Of a DNA stretch of 64,000 bases, positions 1-10,816 are shown in pieces (the stretch's first letter is position 1; each line of letters opens with the position of its first letter). Both the position numbers and the translations under genes were made by a program. Source of the stretch: Psilocybe cubensis (taxonomy: Eukaryota); NCBI GenBank assembly GCA_017499595.2, contig CM039005.1, forward strand, positions 2,666,001-2,730,000, in the 5' to 3' direction. The notes under the pieces were generated by a model. That model had not been told where the DNA came from. It saw only the letters and a program-made list of their open reading frames with translations, and searched no databases.

Positions 1-2054
1 GTCCGGCGGACAGTCCGCCAGACAGTCCGCGCAAAAAAAACTCGTGGACGAACCTTTCTGACAGAGGCGGCCTAAAGATTGGTGGTAAAAAACCACCGAA
101 TACACAGTGTAGACGATAAAAGAGCATCGTCGGTGGCAAAACATCCGGAGTTTTGAGAACCTGGTCGTCCTGAAAGTAAAACAGATGAAACGTAATGAAG
201 AGTAAAGTCGTACTTGCAAGACCCCCACACGACTACAACCATCCTCCTGGAGGATAGCAGTGCTGCGCAAATAAGCTGCCTTGTAGTGAGAAGTCCCACC
301 ACCTTTTCTGAGACGCGCTATGCATTGAAAATTTGATGGATGTATATAGAACGGAACCTTACCTCAAGCAAAGGCGAGACTATGCAGCGTCGTTAGTAGG
401 AATTGTTGGTGGAAATTGTATAGACAGCACCGAACACACTTGACCAGAGGAGAGGGCGCAACGAACCAATTCAGTAAGAATCGTGAATGTCTAATTGCAC
501 TGTTATCTTAGCAAACAGCAGGTACACTAGAGTTGCTACTTACCAGACATGTTGCGAAACTTTGAGTTATTCTGTCTGCTGGACTGGATCTGCGATGAGT
601 AACTGACCAAAGATACATCGCCGTGTAGAAAATTGAAGGGCTTACGGCGACTCTACAGATATCGTTCCGTCCTCATTTCATGGCTGAAAGTTTCCTTTTA
701 GTGACATTTGCATTGTACACTACGCTATATTATGTAGATGGATTGCTACGCTACTCGTTCTGTATGTGCTGCATCACCCGCTGGTTGTGCATGGATGGAA
801 CAGAGGAAAAAGGAACTGTGAGAACCTGTCCAGCTCGCCAATGTGTACCGCAGAAGTTCGATGCCGCATTGCCGTCACCACATTCGTGATGGTACATACG
901 GCATGAGCGGCATCAAACTCCTGTCCTTTATCATAATCAAGGCGTTCCTCTCTCTCTCAGCCCTCGATCTTCCATGTAGCACATCGTATGGGATACGTAC
1001 AGTTGCACATTAGATTTAATAAATTTAAATCAACTGACACGGCAGATGAAAAGATCCAGTCATCAACAACACGTCTGTGGTAAAACTTCGTGAAATACGA
1101 GCAGTGCACCCGTGCTTTGCACGGAAAGACCGGAGCATGCTACTTATAGTTTATTTTGAACTTTGCATGGAAAGATGTGCTTCCATGTTGTACGAGTAGC
1201 CGTGCCCATGCGCAACGCTACTCCGAGCTTTGTATTTGTATCTCTCCGCATAATTCTATAGCATTCTGTACGCCCGAGCGCAAACAGAATGTCTTTCTGG
1301 CTATCCACCCTATTGTGTGTGTCTCGTGCGAATCATTGGATGTGCATCAAGTTTACATGTTATTTGTTTTTCAACCCATTACGACGTTTTTTTTGATTTT
1401 TTGGGTCAAAAAAAAACGATGTTGGTTTGATTATATTGATACCACCCAATGTTGTCATTGTTAAGATCGAAAAGTTTTTATGTCTCAGTTTTGGAGTCTA
1501 ACATAACGTTTTTGAATAAATCGTGGCTCTGTTTGGTGGGGGAACACATGCGCGTGAAAGTACTACAGTGAGCCAATGCTTATATAAAATTACCTGATGC
1601 ATTATACTCTGCCGAAGCGGCATGGAAATATTTTCACTATAAAAGTTACCCAGGAGCATATTCACACGCTTTCCTCTTTCCCCGGTCCAATCCGTAGCTC
1701 CTCAAGTGTATAGTGTTACCACCTCTTGACAGTCAGATTAGTTCATTTAACACGTACAGTAAGATAAAATAGAACTCCTAATAGGCACCACCTGTTTGAA
1801 CGAAGGAAGGATTATTTCAGGTCCCAGTAAGAGAATAAACGAAGCAAACCGATTACCGATATCATTTCGCCGATATCTCAGTGAGTGTTGGACGGCGAAT
1901 CCTGCGCCTAGGGATACTTTCGGTGAGTCAAAATACAACATGCGCATTTGGGATGTCATTCTTACCGATGAGACGGCAGAATAAAAGCACCTTCAGGTCC
2001 TTTAAGGCCTCATTCGCACGTACACCGCGTAAACCTCTGTCATATTCCTGAAAT

Positions 2055-3345
2055 ATGAACTTGGTACATGGCAATGTAGTTTACAACATGTTTTTACTCT
2101 AACGGTGCCTCAGAACGCCCCTTTCGTCCTGGCAAAGAAGTTCAAAAACCCTGGTCTCAAACGTATTCATCATTTGCTCTTTTCGAGCAATGCAAAATTT
2201 CTAGTTGTTGCAGGTATACCATCCTCTTTTACGGTTGAAACGAAAACTTCATGCGACGGACTAGGTGATGGTGGCAAAGTCTTAATATGGAATATGGAAA
2301 CTTTCAGGACTGAGCAAGTCCTAGAGAACAAAAAATGGGGCCAAGTTAGCTCCCTAGCATGGGCCTATTCCGAATCGCCTTCGAGAGAACTGTCAACTAT
2401 CTTATGTGTCGGAAATGTCTTTGGTGGTATGAGCATGTTCCTAATGGATTCCCTATCCGTCAAGGTGCGTCAGTCAGAAAATATCCTGGGACGTTTTGCT
2501 TACGTTGCGTAGCCTTTCATAGAGAGAGGCGCTGTAATACAGCTGTTTACCCCAGATGACATTGTGGAGAATCTTGTATTCGATAAAGTAAATGGTAGGC
2601 TGGTCACTTCCAGCCATTCTGGGGTGGTTAAAATGTATCTTGTTGATGGCGCCGGTAAGATCTATTCCTGGATTCACCTTCAAGATTATTCATTCCCTGT
2701 AGCTAGCTTCGTGAACCTCGTTTGGGAAGCTCGGAGTAACAACCCGAGTATCCTCGCGTCGGTGCTTTTTTTTGGGGCATCAAACGAAAGGTTGTTGTTG
2801 TTTGAACTAGAAAGCGGTGAAGTGTAAAATATATCAATCGAACCGCACTTCGACTGTTCTCACGCCCCCTAGTTGTTGCAGGGACGCCTCTAATGGCAAA
2901 ATGCTTTGGGCAAAAAAACTCGCGAGTGGGATGCGCGTATATATTTTAATACCTTTTTCTCTCATTTGACTGAGGATCTCTTATAGCGGATCAGCCACGA
3001 TGCCAAGCGACCAGAAAGTCCTAATTGTCAACAATCTCAACAACGGCAATTTTGACGTTTACCAACCTCACGATATGTCTCTTCTTGAAACTCTAGCCGT
3101 TGGAGACTCCGCAACCACCCACAAACACTTCATAAAACAGTGCCATTTCATTGAAGGCTCAAAGCTGTCAGTCTGCGGGAGCCATACAAACAAGGTGCAT
3201 ATCTTTGACGTGGCCAATAATAACATTCTGCAAACCCTTACTTCGAGTTCAGAAGGTTTATTTTTCGCTGTGTTTACGACTTCTGATACTCAAATTGGAT
3301 TTGTTCCCAAATCATAGAGACGCATATGACCCAGGTAGTTGCTGT
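2055..3345 (+). pseudogene. WD40-repeat protein, 5' part of a multi-exon gene interrupted by the Plavaka element
   Basis: Exons encode WD-like strands (LLFSSNAKFLVVAG..DGGKVLIWNMET, SVCGSHTNKVHIFDV) separated by GT..AG introns. The last exon ends TQVVA at a GT donor just before the TIR at 3368. It is a paralog of the 25231-27264 gene. Confidence 0.7.
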
Positions 3346-3762
3346 AACCACATCATAAAAAGTGCGGGTAGATTACAAAGCATTGTAAACCCAATTAAAT
3401 ATTTTTTTATTCGAAATTCTCACACTGCGTTACAACCCTCTTGAAATGTTGTGAGAAACCGGAAATATTGCAGTGTGAATAAAATAATTTGAGGTTTACA
3501 ATATTTTTGGGTATTGCAATATGAAAGAATAAGCGGCTAGTTTATAATCTCAACAAATTACTGTATGAGATGACAAGGAATCAAGAGCGTTATAAAACAT
3601 TGCGAGAATTTATTGGGTTTCTCAATGATAAGGAGGATTGAATGGGATTTTGAGGCACCCAGCAGATTATAATAGAACAAATTTATTTATTCAGTAATAA
3701 AAGTACAGGCATGGTATGTAAAGCAGGGCAGAGCAGAGCAATAATTACAGCAATGAGAGACA

Positions 3763-5886
3763 TCAGAATTTCTTAGCCTTACGTTTGATAGGTTGGCGCG
3801 TTCCCTTGGCCTGGGTCCTGGCCTTTTTAGCTGGTGGTTCTTCACCGTCGGCGGCGGTGGCGTCAGAATTGGGAGCAGGAACGGCATCAGCGTTGGGAGT
3901 AGGCAGGGCCTCATCCCCGGTCTCGAAGGGGTCTGAAGGTGGTGCCTGTAGCTAATATGAGCCCTAGATAGAGAATGTAATAAATGCACTCACGTCTTTA
4001 CGCTTTGGACCAGGGCGGCGTGGCGCCGCTTTCCTCTTTGCAGGGAGCTAATCATAATATTAGTGTAATGAACCAATCTCGAGTGAAAACGCACCTTGAT
4101 CTTGATCGGGGCTGGTGGGGAAGGGGAGCGTTCGTTTTCGGAAGAAAGAGAGGAAGAATCCTCGGAAGGGAGGTCAGGGGGGGATTCTGAAGGGATCCTA
4201 ATCGCGTTTAATGCCATTCGGCGACGGGAGACTTGTTGAGGCACAGGTTCCGCCAGTGAAACAGCTGCAAATGCTTTAGCTAGCGCTGGTGCAGACCCAT
4301 TATCTGGGGCGGGGTGGGAGGAGGGTGCGCGTGCTTGAGGAGATGCAGGTGCGGGTGTGGGTACACGAGCAGGTTCGGGTGTGGGTGCACGAGGGGGTGC
4401 GGGTGCAGGTGCACGAGCAGGTGCACGAGCAGGTGCAGGTGCTTGAGCCGCAGCGGCCATTTGAGCTTTACGCCGTTCTACCGGGTCTCTGAGGCGTCCG
4501 TCGCGTGCACTACCTTCCAAAGGGGACGACTTCTTGTCATGATCCACGGGCTCAGATGGCAAGATAATGTTCCTAGAAATTCATTAGCATAAAATCAAGC
4601 GCGTAAGGCACGCTTACTCTTGCCACCAAGCCACAGTCTCCTTGGCCCACGTATCGTCATCAGAAAGACCCGACAGAAGCGTCAGAATAGATGCGTAGAG
4701 GCGGTCGGCCTTCAAAATGCTCTTCGCCTCAGGCCAAGTCTTACCGCTGATTGCAATGACAAGCTTTGAAGGAGGTTAGCACTGACAGACTACTGACAAT
4801 GTCCACTTACCATCATGCAATAATAACATATGAGTCTTATCGTTAGTTCATATACTTTGTGAATCTGTCCTTTGCTGGCACGTCCTCCAAGCCTGTTGGC
4901 CTCGCCTACAAGCATACGTTGGACAAACTAGAGTGCCAATATGTATCAATGACATGTCAAAACATAAAAAAAAACTTACTTGGGGACCCAAGGGTGGTCG
5001 AAACAGACCTTGGACCTCGTCGTCTATGTCAAATGGGATGTCAGGGTCATACAAGCAAGCTGGCCAATCCAGCGCGTCTCCATTTTTGGTATCGGCTTCG
5101 AGTGATTCACATCGCACGCTATCCACAAATAAATCAACTCATATTCGCAGAAAATAACAAGCCGACTTACAGAATTTCACGCGCATTGAGGTCGGCGAGC
5201 TCGGCGAACTTGACACGCGGGATTAAAAGAGCGGCGTATGCAGGGTGTTTATAGCCCCGGTTCACCCTGGCACAGGCCAGTTTGTAGGCCTGTAGGTCAA
5301 GTGGGACCCTCAGATCAAATGGGATCAACTCCGGGATCAACTTATGTGCCTTGAAGAGATCGTCGGATCGCGAATGAGCTGCAGCACTCGATACCTTACA
5401 AGTATGGTTAGTCGATCTGTACATGCGACCTCACAAAATTCTTACCAAATCAATGACTTTGCCAATCAAGGCAGAATTGTCCTCGCACTTCTTGATGATA
5501 TCCATAAGGTCGGGCATCAAGTCCTGCATCTCATAGAAGGACCAGAGCTTGGGTTGTAAACTAATATATGCATAAATCAATGCCCCAGGAAAAAAAAGGC
5601 GCATATACTTACTCCAATATTTGTTGTCGGGTCATACCATCCGTTATATGGTTGGCCAGAAACTCGAGACCCTCTTGGATGACGCTCTTTACGTTCATAA
5701 ATGGGTCGATGGACTGGTGAATCCATCTCGCGCCCTTCAGAGTGTCTGCTAGTTCGGGGCATCTACAAATAACGTTAGCGGTTAACGCGCACGGGGACGG
5801 GGGAGGGGGGGGATTCAGGCTTACTCGAGTTCTTTGTTGGTGTCGATAGCCGTGAGGGCTTTTTCAATCTGGGTCGGGGTGAGCAT
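3763..5886 (-). CDS. Multi-exon Agaricomycete protein, DUF6698-like, with a Pro/Ala-rich basic C-terminus
   Basis: Spliced exons give MLTPTQIEKAL..WIHQSIDPFM..RSDD..RGYKHPAYAALLIP..WPACLYDP..GLFRP, ending KRKAKKF*. The family call is from memory of the motifs. Confidence 0.6.
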
Positions 5887-6109
5887 GGTGGTGGATGGTG
5901 GTGGTACGGGAAGAAAAGGGATGAAAAAAACTCCCTTCCGCATATACCGAGCGCAGTGGTTATGTAATGGACACCTGAGGAGGTACAGATGTCCGCGCTA
6001 TTCCGCGCCATTGCCATAACTAGCGGGCGAAGGAGGCGCGATCGCCATCGACAGCGAGCTGTCAGAGGATAAAAATAGCCCACCGCGAATCACCATAGCC
6101 AGGAGGTAG

Positions 6110-6683
6110 ACACCCAAGACGCCCCAGGTATACCCGTGCGTTGAAGCTTGTGGCCAGGGCTTTCGACGACGAGAAGGGGTGTATACGCGCACCGAACGAA
6201 CCCCCAGGTATCTCCGTGGGTTGAAGGGGGCTGGTAGTCCGTAGCAGCGACAGGAGCACCCTACAGAGTACAGAATTGCCATAGTCAAGCAGCCGCACCC
6301 AACGAACCCTCAGGTATTTCCGTGGGTTGAAGGGTGTGAGCACCGACTTGACCAGCCTACAGACTACGGAATCACCATAGTCAGCAGACTGCCACCAAAC
6401 TCCGAGACGAACAACCGCCAGACTACAGAAATACCATAGTCAAGCAGCCGCACCCAACGAACCCCCAGGTATTTCCGTGGGTTGAAGGGTGTGGGCACCG
6501 ATTTGAGCAGCCTACAGACTACGGAATCACCGTAGTCAGCAGACTGCCACCCAACGAACCCCCAGGTATTTCCGTGGGTTGAAGGGTGTGGGCACCGACT
6601 TGAGCAGCCTACAGACTACGGAATCACCGTAGTCAGCAGACTGCCACCCAACGAACCCCCAGGTATTTCCGTGGGTTGAAGGG
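6110..6683. repeat. Complex tandem repeat, ~97-bp unit, 5-6 copies of core aacgaacccccaggtatttccgtgggttgaaggg
   Basis: Core copies near 6195, 6297, 6452, 6547 and 6644, plus a degenerate copy near 6113. Confidence 0.9.
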
Positions 6684-6815
6684 TGGTAGTGGTGCGGAAG
6701 TCAACAGAGCCAACAAACGGAACCCTACCCAAATTCAGATTCCGCCTGATGGCAATTTCAAACTCCGACACGCGTGGTGATCTCAACACGTTCCTGCGTC
6801 ATTGGTTCTTCTTCG

Positions 6816-7011
6816 CTACCCAGGCTCATTGCTCGGGCAGCCTCACTACCCAGGCTCATTGCTCGGGCAGTACGCGCAAACTACCCAGGCTCATTGCTAG
6901 GGCAGAACGCGAGACACTACCCAGGCTCATTGCTTGGGCAGAACTCATAAACTACCCAGGCTCATTGCTAGGGCAGAACGCTTAAACTACCCAGGCTCAT
7001 TGCCAGGGCAG
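6816..7011 (+). repeat. Array 1 of the hairpin repeat ctacccAGGCTCATTGCnngggcag (6 copies, variable 5-11 nt spacers)
   Basis: Read directly from the sequence. It lies upstream of the 7314 gene. Confidence 0.92.
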
Positions 7012-7313
7012 TACGCACAGATAAATTGGAATTCCTGCTCCCCCGACTGTCCATAATGCCCCCCGTATGTATCTTACAATATCGAGGTGTATTTGGTTGC
7101 TAATTCTACGTACAACAGACTACGCCCTCCTTTGACTGGTCCCAGGGCTCCGTCTTCCTACAAGATGGTATAATTTACTACTCTCCCAATTGTAACCGAC
7201 CAGTCCGTATCAAGGCCCCAGAGCGGAATCACCCCCACCCATTCCCCGAACGTGCAGAGCCAGATCCCACCTCTGTCAAGCATCCTGTCTGGTGGACAGA
7301 CACCTTTGGGTGG

Positions 7314-10165
7314 ATGTCCTTCATACCGCTCAACCCATCCTTTATCTCCGACCCCTTCGACACCTTTACCTGGCAGCCTGAGCTGGATGTAACTCCTAGC
7401 TATAATACTCCACCCGGTCCCACTCTCTACCAGCTCGAAATTCATACTATAAAGCATTGGCGGTTTAAGGAACAATGTTTACTGGAAGCTGCGCACAAAA
7501 TGAAGCTATGGTACCACGTACCAGCCAGTCAACCACCCCCGCCTTCCATCTTTAAATACGATGAGCCCTACACATCGAAAGAAGAAGCTTATCGCCAGAT
7601 TAAATTGGCGCGAGATTGGTTTGCCGTATGGATGGGATTCTTTGCATATTTCGCTGCGTGTGCAAAGTATGACAAGTATTGTGCAGGAAAGATGGTGAGA
7701 GAACAGGGCGAGTTACTACCCCGATGGTATACCAGGCTGCTCGAGGAGGTTCCGATGCTACAGCGATCCTGGTTGGACGGGCTTTTAACATCGCCAGCGT
7801 GTGTATTCTCACCCGACACTCAGCGTGCAGGGATAGTTATTCCCTGGTATGAATATGACAATCGGAGGCCCGAGATACAGTTCTTCCTGGACCAGCAGAT
7901 TCCTGTTTTCTTTCCGTGGTGTGCCATCGCAGAACAGGCCATCATAAACAACCCCACCCTTCGCTATCTTGAGCCTCCTGCAAACCTTGTTCGGGATGCC
8001 CTTGAGAAGTTTCTGAACCGATTCCCCAGTGTTCCTCTCGCTGGCCTAATCCTTAGGTCCTACTTTCGATTTCATGATGGCCCGCTGCACTCCACCAAAC
8101 ATATATTGAGAATGGAACACAGTACGTCGTTGGTCACGAAATATATGTATGAAAAATTTGCCTCGCAAACCGACAAGGTCAAGGCGGCTATGGAGGAGAA
8201 CCAGGTGGAGGCCACGGTTGCAGAATTGAGGGAGATAGTAAGCCGAGCCATGGACATGGACCTCGCAGAGGCCGAGCGAGCCATAGCAAATCTCCCCACT
8301 CACGATTGGATGGACAAAGGTGACTACCACCGGAGAGGAGAGTTGTACGACCACGTCTCGATATTCTTGGAGAAACGCGAGAGAAACCAGCGCTTTATCA
8401 TTGCGACTGAGACCGAGGACGCAAAGATCAAAAGGCTTCAAAGAGAGGAGGCCCTCCCGGGGTACAACACATCGGTCTATAGGTGGAAAAGTGTCACGAC
8501 GCCGGGGGGGAAGGAATTATACATGCGAGTTCGCCTCCTTCGATCAAAGCACGAGAGACTGTTCGCAAAGGTGCCTCCCTCTCAACGAACATACAATGCA
8601 GTCTCAAACGAGTGGGACATTTTTGATGAAGTGGATTTGCCACGAAAATATTTGCAATTTGTGGACCCCCCTCCTAGGAAGGACGGTTATATCTACGACT
8701 ATCCTATCCAAGCCGCCCGCATCAATCCCCAGTCCATCATCCCCGACAACGATGTACCCCGTGTGGAATCCGTTCCCGTCATCCCAGAACCCTGTGTAGA
8801 CTCTTCCTCGGGTGGTGCGACTTCCCCTCATGAACCTCAGTACGAAACATTCCCCATGGACACGGAGGAATTTCAGGAGGGGCCTTCCCAGCCTCCGGTA
8901 CATCGTCCAGAGCCGGGCCCCTCCACCATGGATACGGACACTGATGAAGCTTCGAAAATCCACGATTACGATTGGGACACCGCCGACCTCATCTCCAACT
9001 TGCGATACAGCTATGGATTCGTAGCCTCTGTAGTCCCGAAGAAGGAGGATAAGACACCGGAAGGCTGGAAACACGCCTGTCAACACTTTGGGTTTAGGAA
9101 GGATGGGGCAGAACAGTTTGTCTCAAACACGGATCGTCAACTCATCTGTCAGTTTCATGACGGTTTGATGGGGTCAACTGACCGTCCGCTCCCTCAAGAC
9201 ATTCACGATCTCCACCCGCAAAATTACCTATCCCTTCAAGTTTTAGGGAATCTCAGCCTCATCCATCGGCCCATCCCAAATCTATTTGTTTTCGCTCATC
9301 ACGACATACGTGCACCTCAGGAAGAGTCCGACAGAATGTCTGCTGATTGGAGTATTGGAGTCGAAACCCCAGAGGCTGCTTTATATGTCTTACGAGTCTT
9401 CCAGTCCCATCCTGGGCATACAGTTGTCAGTGTGGCACACAGACTTTTGTCCAAAGGAGTGCAGTTTCGAACTCTTGTCGGGCGTAAAAATGTGGTTCAG
9501 GTGCATCAACCCTACAAGGAAGTTACCTTTTACCGCAAAGTCAGCTACAAGTTTACCAACGACGACTATGAGTCCTCGATGCTGGCCTGTTGGCAGATAC
9601 TGGACCAACAACGCGGTCGTGCAGCGCTACTCATGGGTGGAATAGTAGGACGAATCGCCAAAGAGTATCTGAGCACAGAGTCTGTTCTCCAGGGCCCATC
9701 AGTGGAATTGCTGAGAAATGGACGCGGATATGTCGCTAATCCAGAGGCCGAGTTGCTGGCTTACTGCGATGACGGGCTTACAGAACACGATATTGCGATT
9801 ATTATCGGGTCGTATTCTCTCATGACGGGTAAGTGTTCACTACATTTAACTGATCGCTCTATTTAATGTTGTTTTTAGATTTTAAAAATCAGGTCGGAGT
9901 CAAGTCTTGGTTTCCTCCCCCGGCGGTATGGAATGAAATCGACAGGAATGGGATAGGATGGCTGGAATGGACTGAACGCAACGAGTACTGGTACCAGACT
10001 AGGCTGGAATTAATTCGAAATGGCAAAGCGCAACCTTTAACGCTTCAAGACTGGAAGAGCCTTCTCAAAAATAAGCCAGTCCGTGTTCTAAGGGAATCGG
10101 TGCGAGCTCGATCAGCGGCATTTGTCCATGAACATATCCCCGTAACCAGGAATCCTCGTAGATAG
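7314..10165 (+). CDS. Large hypothetical protein (~930 aa, 2 exons), Plavaka cargo
   Basis: An 850-aa ORF, an intron at ~9829-9879, and a 3' exon. Motifs RGRAALLMGGIVGRIA, SWFPPPAVW and WTERNEYWY resemble uncharacterised Agaricomycete proteins. Confidence 0.75.
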
Positions 10166-10496
10166 GTAGCACATTTTTCTTGTTTCTTCATTCACGGATC
10201 TACACCACTACTCACAGTCTATTTTTGCCTTCGTACATACTACAAAACAAATTTTATGTATACTATCTATATTTCTTCGTACAAACTATTGGTCAGATAT
10301 CATGTATACCACGGAAAAAATTGTTTGGACCTGCATCGAAACATGTGTGAATCAATTCTGAGCCCAAAAAACATAAAAAAAACATGAGATTGCTTACAGT
10401 AAGCCGGTTAGGCCAATCAAAACTCCGCTAAGTTTTGAACTCCGACACCGCGCCCTATCACGCCTGAGGTTGATGTCTGCACTCTCCTTATTCGCT

Positions 10497-10793
10497 CTAC
10501 CCAGGCTCATTGCTCGGGTCAGAACGAATCGGTGGCTCGCTATCCAGGCTCATTGCCGGGATAAGAGCTTCCTATCCACTGTCCAGGCTCATTGCTAGGA
10601 CAAGGATTTTCTACCCCCTATCCAGGCTCATTGCTGGGATAAGGGTGTCGTTCGCCTGCCCAGGCTCATTGCTTGGGCAAGGATATCCCCCCTATCCAGG
10701 CTCATTGCTGGGATAAGGGTATCGTTACTCTGCCCAGGCTCATTGCTTGGGCAAGGATTTTCTACTCCCTATCCAGGCTCATTGCGTGGATAG
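10497..10793 (+). repeat. Array 2 of the hairpin repeat (8 copies of ccAGGCTCATTGCnngg with co-varying arms)
   Basis: Read directly from the sequence. It ends ~25 bp before the transposase ATG. Confidence 0.92.
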
Positions 10794-10816
10794 TTGTACT
10801 TCAGCAGGCCGTAATT

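Noticed and set aside
3360-3367. TSD for the Plavaka element
   Set aside because: The left flank (..gtgcgg) and right flank (tgtctg..) share no direct repeat at symmetric positions.
6816-10793. CRISPR array call for the AGGCTCATTGC repeat-spacer arrays
   Set aside because: The context is eukaryotic and intron-rich, spacers are only ~5-16 nt and partly related to each other, and there are no cas genes.
10673-10816. N-terminal extension of the Plavaka ORF
   Set aside because: It starts at a non-ATG codon inside the repeat array. The ATG at 10817, just before the Zn finger, is more plausible.
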